In this document: positions 51,401 to 63,689 of the stretch, in pieces
Numbering within the stretch: the stretch's first letter is position 1
Layout of the letters: each line of letters opens with the position of its first letter
NCBI GenBank assembly: GCA_964247055.1
Contig: OZ176055.1
Span: 4,526,001 to 4,590,000 of the forward strand
Length of the DNA stretch: 64,000 nucleotides
Source of the DNA: Paragordius varius
Taxonomy: Eukaryota > Animalia > Nematomorpha
Reading direction: 5' to 3'
Notes under the pieces: model-generated
What the model saw: the letters and a program-made list of their open reading frames with translations, nothing else
Told to the model about the DNA's origin: nothing
The model's database searches: none
Position numbers and translations under genes: made by a program

Positions 51401-52078
51401 TATATATTTCGGTTTATTAATGTTATATAAGTGCAAAATTTTGCCATGGTTTCGATTGCTTCCATTCTTTTTAAAGTATTTGATTTTAAACAGGCCTGGG
51501 GTATCCAACTACCCCAATTTGAATCGAAGGACTAAAATGCGTGTGTTGTATCCAAGTGTTAATCTTATGATGAAACTTTGTCTTTGAAACGTTTCCAATA
51601 AATTTCGAATAACATCCATAAATAAATGTGCATATATTAATTTTTACCTTTTTTCTGCCGCCAAGAAATTTTCATTTAAAATGCTTTCCAAATATTTTTC
51701 ATGTTTCAAGGCGACGATACCGCAGGCAATTGCAAGAAATGGCATCCAAAAAATGAGACAAAGCCATGGCAACAAGAGGAAAAGAGATTTATTACGAGTT
51801 TCCCAACATTTGTTTCGTTGAATCAACCAAACTCCAAACGTGTGTAAGCATACACTGGCACAGGCTAATTGAAACCATATAAGAGTTAGAGAATCCGGAT
51901 TATATAGACGTCGATTTATGATAATGAGAGCTAGGGAGCGTTCAAAATGAAATTTTAACCACAATGTTATTGCAAGGAGAGTTATAGCTAGCACTATGGA
52001 GAGTACATTGATGACAATACATGCATTCCCAATCGAAATCCGACCAGTTTCATTCAAATGGACAGGGCACAGTGCCAT
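48441..52078 (-). CDS. Peripherin-2/ROM1 (RDS)-like tetraspanin with long C-terminal tail (about 501 aa)
   Basis: Exons 52078-51648, 50657-50511, 50230-49957, 49094-48441. N-terminus MALCPVHLNETGRI. EC2 loop LQTSFECCGGKNHTEWYTVGWISLKYID and EYLSKSVPFSCC...INLQGC. Post-TM4 GRYFQSSV...GYLM, colinear with RDS motifs. Confidence 0.85.
49410..49866. mobile_element. MITE in tetraspanin intron 3
   Basis: Inverted ends TGATGACCTTTTGGGGTAGTTTT / AAAACTACCCCAAAATGTCATCA. Related ends near 31420 and 59445. Confidence 0.6.
50981..51558 (+). mobile_element. piggyBac-like MITE (TTAA TSD) in tetraspanin intron 1
   Basis: TTAA|CACTTCGATTCAAATTGGGG...TTGTATCCAAGTG|TTAA; highly similar to 36413-36964. Confidence 0.8.
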
Positions 52079-52256
52079 TTTACGAAGCTGATAGATTGTT
52101 TTCGCCAAATCACAATGATTTAATGTTTAAAAATATATATATGTGTGTTTTAGAATGCGTTATACCTTACATTAAATATATTATATAAAAATAATTTGAG
52201 GGTAATATTCTTTTATACTTACTTGAGCGAAGATATCTTCTTTTCCACTATTGTTT

Positions 52257-52295
<39 letters not shown>

Positions 52296-52842
52296 GTTAT
52301 TATTAATAGATTCATTTATTAAAAATTACATATCCTAAATATATCTGCAACCATAATTAATTTCCATACATATATTTTGCCAAAATATAACTGGTTGTTT
52401 GTCTGCAAATATTATAGTATGAGATAAAAAATAATCGAAAAGCTTAAAAAGTGGTCGAAGCAAAATATCACCAGGACTGCAACTTAACTAAGTTTGAGTG
52501 AAATAAGATATATCATTATGGGAATAATTTTAATATGAGATCAATAATTTTCGATATGAAGCTTGAAATGTAAAACCTTAATAAATTAAGAGGATATATT
52601 CACCGTGGAAACAGCATACCACTAGTACAGACACAATATAATCTTTGTATAAGCTTTTAAGTATAATTTAGTGTTTTAACGTCTAACAATAATCAAGAAT
52701 AAGTTAAAATTCGACTTTTCAAATTCTATTTAAGGAATAATTCTTGAATATAAAACGATATTAACTAGATTGTGGTACTTTTTATCACTCCAGCGTTATA
52801 TATATATTTGAATATCACAAATCGTGGTATTAGTAAGTTTAA

Positions 52843-53110
52843 CAAGCGATCTAACACAAAGGCTTCGCTGGCCGCATTTGAAATATATATGGGCATTTAT
52901 AAATAATTTTTTAAATTTTAAACATAGGACAAATTACATCCACAATATAATTTTTTTTCTTGTCAATTGGATGGAATTATTTAGAAAACTTGTTCAAGAA
53001 TTATCAATTTTAGATTTTGTGAGTATATTTTTGATAATGAATTTTCCGCGGGCCGCACAGAAAGTCCCGGAGGGCCAAGCGGCCCGCGGGCTGCGTGCTG
53101 AACACCCCTA
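52843..53110. mobile_element. hAT-Charlie-like MITE
   Basis: Body homologous to the 16584 and 44462 copies. Right end GCGGCCCGCGGGCTGCGTGCTGAACACCCCTA. Confidence 0.6.
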
Positions 53111-53630
53111 AAGTAAAGGTATGATAAAGAATTTCATAGTTTGTTTCATAATCTGGTAAACCATTGTTTATTTTTAAACTCAGTAATGATTATTTAACCT
53201 TATTAAAGTCGGTTAATGAATCAGCTATCGACAATATACAAAATTGATGACATAAAGATCATTAGAGATAAATAAATATAAATATGCCATTTAATATATC
53301 TGCATGTTTTTTATTTTAATAATACAAACGGGCTAAATTTAGTTTTATATTTAATATTAAAGCATTCAAAAGGGAAAAGGGGCTCGAGTAAGGTCGGCAC
53401 ATTCACAAATATGGGCATCTAAATACCCCAAGCAATATTCCATTTGATATTTTTAAATAACAACTGTAAAAAACGGTCCAATAATTTGTGCTTCTATCCT
53501 CATAAAAATTATATAAATAACCCAAAATATATCAATAAAATTTAGTTTTGATAAAAAGTTCCATATCAAACTCTTAGGCGCCATTTTTGTTTTTCAACGT
53601 TTTTGAAAAATATCCTGTTTAAGATAATTA

Positions 53631-54493
53631 CACTTCGATTCAAATTGGGGTATCTAAATACCTTAGAGTCAATTTTAGTTAGGATTTTTAAAAAACTACT
53701 GAAGGAAACGATCTCAATTTAAAATTATGCTTCTATCCTAATAAAAATTATAGGAATATGTCAAAATATCTAAAAAAAATTGTTTTGAAAAAAAGTTTCT
53801 TGTCAAACTACTTCGACGCCATTTTTATTTTACAAAATTTTTGAAAAATATCGTCTTCATTTGATTTTAAGGGTAAAATTAAAGCTAATTTTTTATTTAA
53901 ATTACATCTAACTTTGATAGAAACAGAAAAAGTTTATTTTGTATTATATTTCAATTTTACCATTGCACATATGTCACGTCTAAATTTTTACTTTTCGGTT
54001 TTAGATTAAAATAAGTAATATCAAGTATTATTGAATAAAATCTTTTATATATTTCGGTTTATTAATGTTATATCAGTGCAAAATTTTGTCATGGTTTCGA
54101 TTCCTTCCATATTTTTTAGAGAATTTAATTTTAAACAGGCCTGGAGTATTTAACTACCCCAATTTGAATCGAAGGATTAAAATGAATGTCTTGTATCCAA
54201 GTGTTAAAGCTAAAATCTTTTATTAAATCTTTGTTTTAATCACTATGTTTAGCTAATGCACATATGTCAGGTTGACTAAATTTTTACCTTTGCGTTTTAC
54301 TTTAAAATAACTAATATCAAGTATTTTTAAATAAATTTTTTTTATATTTCGGTTGAATAATATTATATAGGTGCAAACTTTTGGCATGGTTTCAATTCCT
54401 TACATATTTTTTGGAGTATTTAATTTAAACAGGACTGGGTATCCAACCCCAATTTGAATCGAAGGGCTGAAATGAATGTATTGTACCCAAGTG
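53631..54493 (+). mobile_element. piggyBac-like MITE (53631-54203) followed by a tandem partial 3' copy (to 54493), with another partial copy just upstream
   Basis: CACTTCGATTCAAATTGGGG start; two right ends CCAAGTG|TTAA at 54203 and 54493. Confidence 0.7.
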
Positions 54494-56762
54494 TTAAAGA
54501 ATTGTTCAGCATCATCGATTTCACAGAAAAAGTGTTTATACAATATCTAAAAGCGTTTTATACCGTTTCATCATGCTAAAAATAGTAGGAAGTAGGTTCC
54601 AACTAAATTTTGCTAAAAATTAAATTTTTCTAAAAGTATGCATTTTTTAAAAAAAATATTTTTTTTTGATGTCAAAATTAAGCATATATTTAAAAATTTT
54701 ATTACGAAATTCCGGCTCTGCGTTCATTTTAAAAGAACTAGTTCGTTTTAGAAGAGCAAAAAAATTTGGGACTTATGGAGCTCACAGCTAAAAATTATTT
54801 AAAAATATTGTTTTGCTTTTTATGAGTAGGTTAAAATATATTTTAGTGATATTTTTTGGAATGAAGCATTAAGCTTTTATTAAAAAACTTATTATAAAAA
54901 ATGGGCGCAAATTTTGCTATTTTTTGATATAGACCACTTACCACAAAAGTGTAAATGTCTTTCTTATCACTCGTAAGAGCAACCAAAAGCTCCATGATAA
55001 TTCTGATACATTTTTCTATCAGAATATGTTTATTTCATCAAGATATTTTTTCATGACCCCCGATGTTTTACACTTAGTGGACAAAGTGTAATATACCATA
55101 TATTATTTCATATATCTAAATATTTTTTTATGTCTGTGTTATGAATGCATAAAAATATAATAGATCCATTTTCCTATATGATTAATGATTTATATATATA
55201 ATTTAGTTAAAGATTGTGTACCGAAACACAGTATGCACTTTATGCCGGTAAAACACAGTAATGTAAGGGTAAAAAAACAAAAAAATTAAATTAGACAATT
55301 TTTTCCTATCTTACAACATTATTTGGTTTGTTTAGGCACAAAATTTATATTATAACCTACGCTATGTTGCCAATTGACCAATAATGTTATTAAAACATCA
55401 TAAATGTGAATACAATAAAAACTTTAATTGGTTGAAATTTATTTTATAATTATTATATACATGATACGATGGTTTATGTGCTATAAAGGGATGAACTTGT
55501 TGTAAGGCTTCCATAAAAATAGTTTCTTTGAACTTTTTTGGGGAATCGCACCATTCGAATTGAATCAAGGCGTCGCACATTCCCTTAATGCGCCCACATG
55601 GTGGTCCATACTAAACGGCCCCTGTGTTTAATCCTAATCCCTGTAAAATCACGTTTTGTGCAAATATTGATTTAAAGTCATTCGTAAAAATTAAGGCCCA
55701 CATGTTGGTAGGCAATAACTAAAAATTCAAAATAATTAAAAATAGTCTCATTATAACAAACTGCTCTTTTGAATAATAAATAACTTGGAATAATTTTCCA
55801 GTAAACTAGCTTTCATCATAAAATTTCATTCCAAAAATGTGCTCAAATTTTGTCCTGATATGGAGCACTTACTTGAAAATCTAAAAACTTGCTTATATCA
55901 CTCGTAGTTCCCAAAACCAAAAGCACCATGAGATTCCTGATTCATTTTTCCATCGGAATATATATTCTTGTAGTGTAATACGTGTTTTGGTAGTTATTTT
56001 ATATTTAAAAAAAATTACAAAAAGTTTGGTCTTGGCGAAGTTTAAGAATAAAAAAATTTACATTTTTTAAATATATCTTTAGAACATGGGATGCATAATC
56101 TTATCAGTTCCCCAATATATTTAGTTTAAGTTAGTTCTATTTTAATATTGTCCTGTAATTTCACAAGCTAACTCCATTACCTTTGAAGTGATTTGTTAAT
56201 TTAGTGCCATTTGAAACTTAAATATCTAAAAAGTATGTATATCAAGCCGAATTTAAAAATATGCTTTCTTTAGTCTTTTTGTGTAACATTATGCAACTTT
56301 TATTTTTTTAAAAAATGAAATATTGTAACAAATTCTCATCTCAAGCCTTTTGACTGTCATTTTTTATATAAAATTTTTTAACTAATGCAACATGCAAAAT
56401 TATAAATTAAAATTAATAATTAACGTTATGAAACTTTCAGGCTAAATTCCAGGAAAACCTTGATATAATTTCATTTTAATATCACTGTTCGTTCAATGTG
56501 TTTGGAATCTTTCCCAATGTTAGGCTCCAAAATTCTAAACTAAAAAATATATACTTTTTATTTAATACATGAGCATAATGGTTGATATTTTAACCAAAAT
56601 ATTTCAAAATTGCTTATTTAAGAAAAGCTAAGATATAAAGCTATCCGAAAAGGTAAACTAAAACAAAAAATGAAAAGGTATTGAAGTGTTAATGAATAAA
56701 GACATTTTTTTATTCTAATTTTTATTTTATTTGTTTAGTTATGTGGTTTTGTTTATCAGATG

Positions 56763-56805
56763 TTTCACGTTTTTTCTAGTTTTTTCTCATAAGGTATATA
56801 TATAT
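56763..56805 (+). promoter_or_regulatory. Candidate step-type heat-shock element plus TATA box
   Basis: TTC at 56764, 56774 and 56784 (exact 10-bp spacing), then TATATATATAT at 56795-56805, 60 nt before the ATG of an intronless sHSP. Confidence 0.45.
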
Positions 56806-56864
56806 CGGTGTATATCAGTTTGCTTATTCAAATTAATCATCTATATTCACCCCTTTACAACACA

Positions 56865-57338
56865 ATGAGTTTAATGCCTTTTGCACGACAATTTAGTTGG
56901 GATCCTTTTGACGCTATGCCGCTCAGATTGCTTGGGCAATTGATTGCAACTGATGTGGATGATTTTAGAAATTTGGATGATCGGCTTATATCGCGTTCGG
57001 ATGCTGGATTATCTGAAGTCAAGATTGATAATAAAACTTTTAATGTTAATTTGGATTGTCATCAGTTTAAACCCGAAGAAATTAAAGTTAAATTGCAGGA
57101 TAACAAATTGATTGTTCATGCTAAGCACGAAGAAAAGAAAGATAACCATGGAGGATATTCCAAAAGGGAATTTACACGAACTTATCTTTTACCAAATGGT
57201 TGTGTTTTGGATAAATTGACATCCAAATTGGATGACAAAGGTATGCTTATATGCCATTGTCCTCGTGATATTAAACCGGAGTCTACTAGTACTAACATTC
57301 CCATCCAGAGAGTTCCTTCCCAAGCGATCAAACAATAG
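56865..57338 (+). CDS. Small heat-shock protein (HSP20/alpha-crystallin), intronless (about 157 aa)
   Basis: Motifs WDPF, GLSEVKIDNKTFNVNLDCHQFKPEEIKVK, HAKHEEKKDNHGGYSKREFTRTYLLP, SKLDDKGML, and C-terminal IPI (I-X-I) motif. Confidence 0.95.
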   Translation: MSLMPFARQFSWDPFDAMPLRLLGQLIATDVDDFRNLDDRLISRSDAGLSEVKIDNKTFNVNLDCHQFKPEEIKVKLQDNKLIVHAKHEEKKDNHGGYSKREFTRTYLLPNGCVLDKLTSKLDDKGMLICHCPRDIKPESTSTNIPIQRVPSQAIKQ

Positions 57339-57434
57339 TTGTTTTTTATTTTACATGTGTATCAATAGCTAATTAAACTTATTTAATTTATCAATAAATA
57401 TGTGAATTTATTAATCATATATTTATATAAATGT

Positions 57435-59808
57435 TTATTTCCCAACAATTTTGATTGGTCTTGGCATTATCATACATTTGTTGTACCAAAGTGTGTCACC
57501 TAAGTCGTAAATATTGGTTATTGAATTATATGTAAAAATTAATTGGTTAAATTTGCCAGTGTTTTGTAATATAAAGTTTTGATTTACCTCTTTGAGAACA
57601 TGTTTGTAAATATTCGTCAGATCCGTCCGCACAATCAGGGAAACAGTCACAAGCTGCATTTGCTTTTAAGATGCATTGACCGTTTTTGCACAAAAATCCC
57701 TTGCACACGTTTATAGGTTGAGGCGGTATTATTGGCATTGGTTTAATACCTTTTGTTTTTGTATAATTAACAGAGTAAACAATACTTAAGTTTTTGTGTT
57801 ATTATACGACATATATATAAGGCGAAAAAATTTTGGAATTACTAATCTAATCGCAACAATATTAAAGTGATTTAAAGGGGCTCACGCTTGTGACAACATC
57901 AATTAAATCATTTCACTTTTTTGTTGAAAATGGGCAATTAAAGCGTGCATAAATGTTGTATTTGTTTAATCCAACATACCTATACAATAAGGTTGCATTT
58001 CGTCGCTTCCTTCTTTGCAATCAAATTTTCCGTTGCACACATAAACGCCAGGTATGCAAGAGCCATCTCGACATTGAAACTGATTAGGGAAACATTTTGG
58101 CATTGGAAATTCTATATATCAAATATTCAGTATATAACGTTTAAAAACGACCTCATTTATACCAAACTTTTTAATTAATATAATATCAACATATAATTGA
58201 ATAGAACACATATTGTTAGGCATTTTTGCAGGATGAGATTTGATTAACAACTGATTTATGATTTCTTATAACAACCGGTCGCCAATTACCCTGCGCGGTA
58301 ATTTTTTATTAACTTTTTTTGTTTATTTAAACAAAGGATACCGCTCTTGGTTATATCTTATGCATTTAAATTATGTTATTACTAAACGATATTGCAACCA
58401 AAAACTGTACTTACTATATAAACTCTACGTAAAAATTTATGTCGATTGCCAACTAATTGTTTGTGTGTTCGTAATAATATGGGTGCACATAGCAAGTTTT
58501 GTTATGCAAATAGAGGTTTACCCTCATTATATATTTGTTAAATAGCTATATATATTATTATTGGCGCAAAATGTTACAACCCTTATAGTTTTATGCTAAT
58601 GTATTATTATGTTAATAAACCGCACCAGGTTTACTTTGGACATTACAAATACTATAATCATTTTCTGTGATGTTTATATATGAATATAAAATATATTATG
58701 ATTCAGTAAATTAGGAGTCATCCAAATAAAAGAATTGAATGCAAAAATATGTGCCACACCAGATCTCATATTGTTACCCATAATCCAAAATATGAACAAC
58801 GAATTATTATAGAAAATATTAGGTACGTAAAAGAAGTTAATTAAACAATGTAGCTCCAATAATTTATAACATTACATAAAACTTTTTCTAAATTTGAATC
58901 GAATTGAAACAAAAGTGGCCCTTATTCGCTATATTGGATGTCATCACGCATCTCGTATCTATACTAAACACTTCATTACCTTTTCACTTTTTTGTCCTAG
59001 TTTACCTTTTAAGGTAGGTGTATATCCCAGTCAATTTTGTAAAGAGTTAAAATTTAATTATCAACATTGTTTTAGTATTAGATAAAAAAACCTTTATTTT
59101 TTACAATCTTGTGACTTTCTAAATTCAGGACACCTCCACATGATTGAAACAAACAGCTGATATTAAAATCAAACTATATCAAGTTCTTGCCGATAAAATG
59201 TAACTGAAAGCTTTTTAAAATTAATTTACATTTTCTAACCATTAGTTATTTGTCTGCTGCAATAGCGATTTAAAAAAAATTATAGAAAAAAATGGTTACA
59301 AAAAAGTTTGAGATGATGATTTTTTACAATTTTACATTTTATTAAATAAATTTTTGGTATTATACGCCTAAAAGACAAACCATTTTTTTATCGGCATGAC
59401 ACCTTAAATACTTTTAAGTATATTCAAATTTATAGTTTCGGTAAAACTACCCAAAAGGTAATGGAGTGTTAACATGGCTGAATTTCAAAATTAGTTGTTT
59501 TTGAAAATCTAATATATTAAAACTCCAAAATTTAATATAAATTCTCCCATTGTAACCGCTAAGATCTTTGACGATCTTTTCCAACTAGGCGACATTACAT
59601 TCGAATACAAAAATTTTAGCATAATCTAACGTAAATATTAATTTTTTGACTTTTGGATGCTAAGAAAATTAATCAATGATAGCATTCATTGTTAATTTTG
59701 ATGTAGAATTTAGGTGTTTAGAGGTCACTCTAGATTACAAATATTTTTTAAATAGAACGCATGGCCTAATATCTAGGAAAAATCTATTAATATTTTTCAA
59801 AGGTTTTA

Positions 59809-59844
<36 letters not shown>

Positions 59845-62580
59845 TAATATATTCTGAGTCTTTATTAATTGTCTATTCACAAAATTAGGGCGAAAAATCA
59901 GGCACTTATTGTTTTTCTTGTGGTCTGTGTGTACCCTAGATGAGCGCGTTAAAATTGGCAATATGTATGTTAATTAATTTACATTTTATGAATATGCAAA
60001 AAGATTTGGAATGGCTAATATCCTTATACATAAAATATGAAATTCATCTGTAATATAGTTTTAATATTTATAATATTTGAAAAGAAAGATCTAATACATT
60101 TTTAAATTAAAAAAAAGAGAATTGGGATAGTAAATCTAAAAAAATTAGCATTTGAGAATTTAATTACTTTGACAGTCTTTTTCATCTATAGCTTTGGAAC
60201 ATTCTGGGATTCCGTTACATCTAACGGCACATTTGCTGGTAAAGGGGCACAGAATATATCCTGGAGGACATGTTGGTAATGGCGGAGGAGGCTTAGGCTT
60301 AGGTCCTGATTTTATAAATTAGTTATACATATGTATTATTAATGTAAGGTTAAAAACCAATCATTACTAAAAATGTTTTTTTTGTGAAAATCAACAATAT
60401 CGACATTAACCAATATTACAAGTATTATGTGCATAATTACACCGAAACACTATATTGATTATTATAAAAATTGGAATATACATTATTGGGTAATTTTTAC
60501 CAGGATTGTTTCCTGCACAGATTATTGGATGTTCATCCAAACCATTTGGGCAGTCTTTGACCCCATTACAAACCCTGAATCCGGGGACACATAACCGAGT
60601 ATTTGCAATGTCACAATCGAATTCATGCATTAAACATCGGCACACTTAATCGTAGTATGAGTGATATATTTTAGAAAATAATAATTAACTGAAGTTTAAA
60701 ATAATTATATGAATAAAAAAGTAATTTTGGAAGCATAAATTGATTATCATTGTCAACCCTTAAACGTTTCGTTTGAAACAAGATTCAACACAAATGGCTT
60801 TGGGTGGCATTTTTACAAAAAAATCGGCGGGCCGCATTCATATTGGGTCAATAATAAATATTTTTATAAGATTTTAAACATAAGAATGTGAAAATATAGC
60901 AGAAACTATTGTTTACACCAATTTTTACGAGTTGTCGCCAATAGGTAAGGTTAATTCAGAAATTATGCCTAAGTTTGTAAACGTATTTTTCAAATTGTGG
61001 AATTTTTATTTTTCCAAATTTTTTGCAGGCCTTACATAATATCTCTGAGCATGTTAGATACCAATGGTTTAAATATTTAAATTTTCTTTATCCCAAAAGG
61101 GTAATTATTTAAAACTCAAAAGAAATTATTGATTATACCTGGCAGGTTTGGACGGAACCCTTTAGGTGGAGGTATAATCGGTTGATTAGGGTATGGCTGA
61201 AGTGGTCTAATTTTCATAGGAGGTGCCATTAATGGGAAAGGAAATGGGCGTGGACGTTTTTGGTTCATGGGAAAATAAGGGATTGGAAGCATTGGCCAAG
61301 GCTGTGTAGGTAAGAGAGGGGGAGTTTGAAAAATTGGAACTAGACTGCTGGGTGGATTTATACTTGGTAAGAGTTCAGGGTTAAGCTTTTTCCCTCCTAG
61401 TCCATTGGAACCAACAAAGGCTTGTTGTGGTCCTATTTATAAAATAATTTATTATTCTCGATGAGAAACAAACATTAAATCATATTTTATATTTTTTCTT
61501 TAATTTATAAATATTTTATTGAAATACGTATTTTAACTGATTACACTTAAATGTTGTATATTTAAATATGCCCTAAAATCATCAAGAAATACAAGACTCT
61601 TATTAAAATTATATAATTATCCAGTTATATAAGTTAAAACCACAAATGAAAGGCTTTGGGCTTGTTTTAAAATAATAATCTACCTGTGTTAAGAATGGGT
61701 GTGCATATATTTCCACACCAATAAGAACAGCATACATAACCAGGTTTCGGACATATCCCCACACCTTGAGCTGTTACACCGCAACGATTTTCAGTCGATA
61801 AGCACAAGGAATTAAAATTCATTGAGAAGGGAGACAAGAAGGAAAATGGGGACATAACGCCACTTGAGCCAAACGGTTGGGCACATTTGGGTGGGAAGGG
61901 CTGAGTAACTGGTAAATTTTTGGGCAGAGAACGTTGAGATCCAAACATTGGCCAAAATTTGGTGGCTTCCGAATCTTAATTTAATATATATCATATCAAG
62001 ACAATTATTGTCATATTTAAATTTTATGAATAATATATGTGGATATCTTATTTCTGCATAATATGGATGGGTCACTTGAATAAAACTAATAAAAAGTGTA
62101 AACCACTTAATTCTGATTTAGGAAGCAATACTTCCAAACATCGGTCACAAATAATTTTTTTAATGAAAATCGTTAAAAGATGAAATTAAAAACTCCTGTG
62201 TTACCGTCTAAAATTATTTTTTAAGTAACACTTGTGCTATAAATAATAAAATTCATCTTTAATACCGTCTTTATTTATAGAGTATCAACGAGACTTATTT
62301 TGTATATCGGTAAAATTTTAATTTCACAAACAGGATTTAAACCATTTGAAAACAAAATGTTAACACCGTAGTTTAGAGACTCGATCCTAAATACTAATTA
62401 AATTCCACCTTACAGATCCTAAACCAATTTATTGAGATTATTTAAAAAATTTAGTTTTTATTAAAATTAAAGAGGCTAATAATTAATGAATTAACCATGA
62501 AAATGAATTATATGCAAGATGAGAATCAGAATCATCCAATGACCAAATTTTTTTGATAAGTAATAGATTGTAAAATGCAT
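57435..62580 (-). CDS. Secreted WAP + Pro-rich + 4x LDL-receptor class A protein (about 436 aa)
   Basis: Exons 62580-62496 (signal peptide), 61974-61684 (WAP-like, 8 Cys), 61432-61139 (Pro-rich), 60644-60501, 60305-60168, 58111-57980, 57749-57588 (one LDLa each), 57499-57435. All introns are phase 1 GT-AG. No TM segment. Confidence 0.82.
60779..61066. mobile_element. hAT-Charlie-like MITE in an intron of the WAP-LDLa gene
   Basis: Body homologous to the other copies (CAACACAAATGGC...GCGGGCCGCATT). Flanks GTTTGAAA / GTTTAAAT look like a decayed 8-bp TSD. Confidence 0.6.
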
Positions 62581-63689
62581 TTTATATTTCATCGATAAGA
62601 TCGAGGATAAATAAATATTAAAATTGTTATTAAGTATTTAACATTATTTATGGGCTATTTTTTTACTGAATCGAAAGAATTGTGGAGTGGCGATCAAATA
62701 ATCCATGTGAACATACGAAAAAACAAGCAATATTTGTATTACAAATAATATAATTATAAGACGTAAATATAGGATTTGGGAATAAGTTTTATTTACTTAG
62801 CAAAAGAGAAATCCGGAGCTATGACTAATTATGATTATATTTACATTTTATGTTTACATAAATATACGAAAAACGACATGTCAAAATATTTTTGGAACTA
62901 TTATATTTATTCAAAATTCTCTCTTAATAATTTATTCTAAAGCTCATAAAATTTATATTGTAATGGTAATTAACGGATTGGTTATATTGAAATTTAATTT
63001 TATTCATATTTTATATTTGATCTTTACATAATATTTAAATAATCAGCCTTTGCAAGTATCGTTATGATTTGCTAGGATACAATAAATTAATGTCTTACAT
63101 GGGATAAAAATTAATTTTAAATATATTATTCCTACAAACATTACTAAATGTCTAAAACAAATATAATTATGGGTGGTATTAGAAAAGCTTGTCGAGTCTC
63201 ATAATTATTTATTATAAAAAATTAATGTATAACGCCATGGTGCGAAAATTTCTGTGCGAAAACTACTTTCTCTAACTCCTTCCTTCTCACAAAACTTGAA
63301 TGTCATATCATATCGTTCTTAGCACTCAAAATTAATCATGCGAATACGTTATACATTTTTACAAAAAAATCAAAAGAAAATTATGGGGTAGTAGGTGTTT
63401 GATAAATATCATGAATGACACAATACACTACTGCAAATGAGACTTATTTATAAACATAGGTACAATATTGCATAAAATATATAAATAATACTATAAAAGA
63501 ATACCGGTAATTGTTAAGAAAAAAATATATTGTAGAATCAACTTTTCCCTTGAAAATTGGATTTTTAACTAGTTCAAATACTATGCAATATTTTAATTAT
63601 TTACTTTAATAAAAAAATTTATCAAGCTCAATAGCTGTTTTGTAATCCTTATTCTAATTTAATTTAATTTTTTATTACATATATATATA

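Noticed and set aside
14951-59840. (TA)n microsatellites (for example 14951, 21650, 37370, 52262, 59815) and repeat-spacer-like patterns
   Set aside because: Ordinary simple repeats. No regularly spaced direct-repeat array resembling CRISPR was found.
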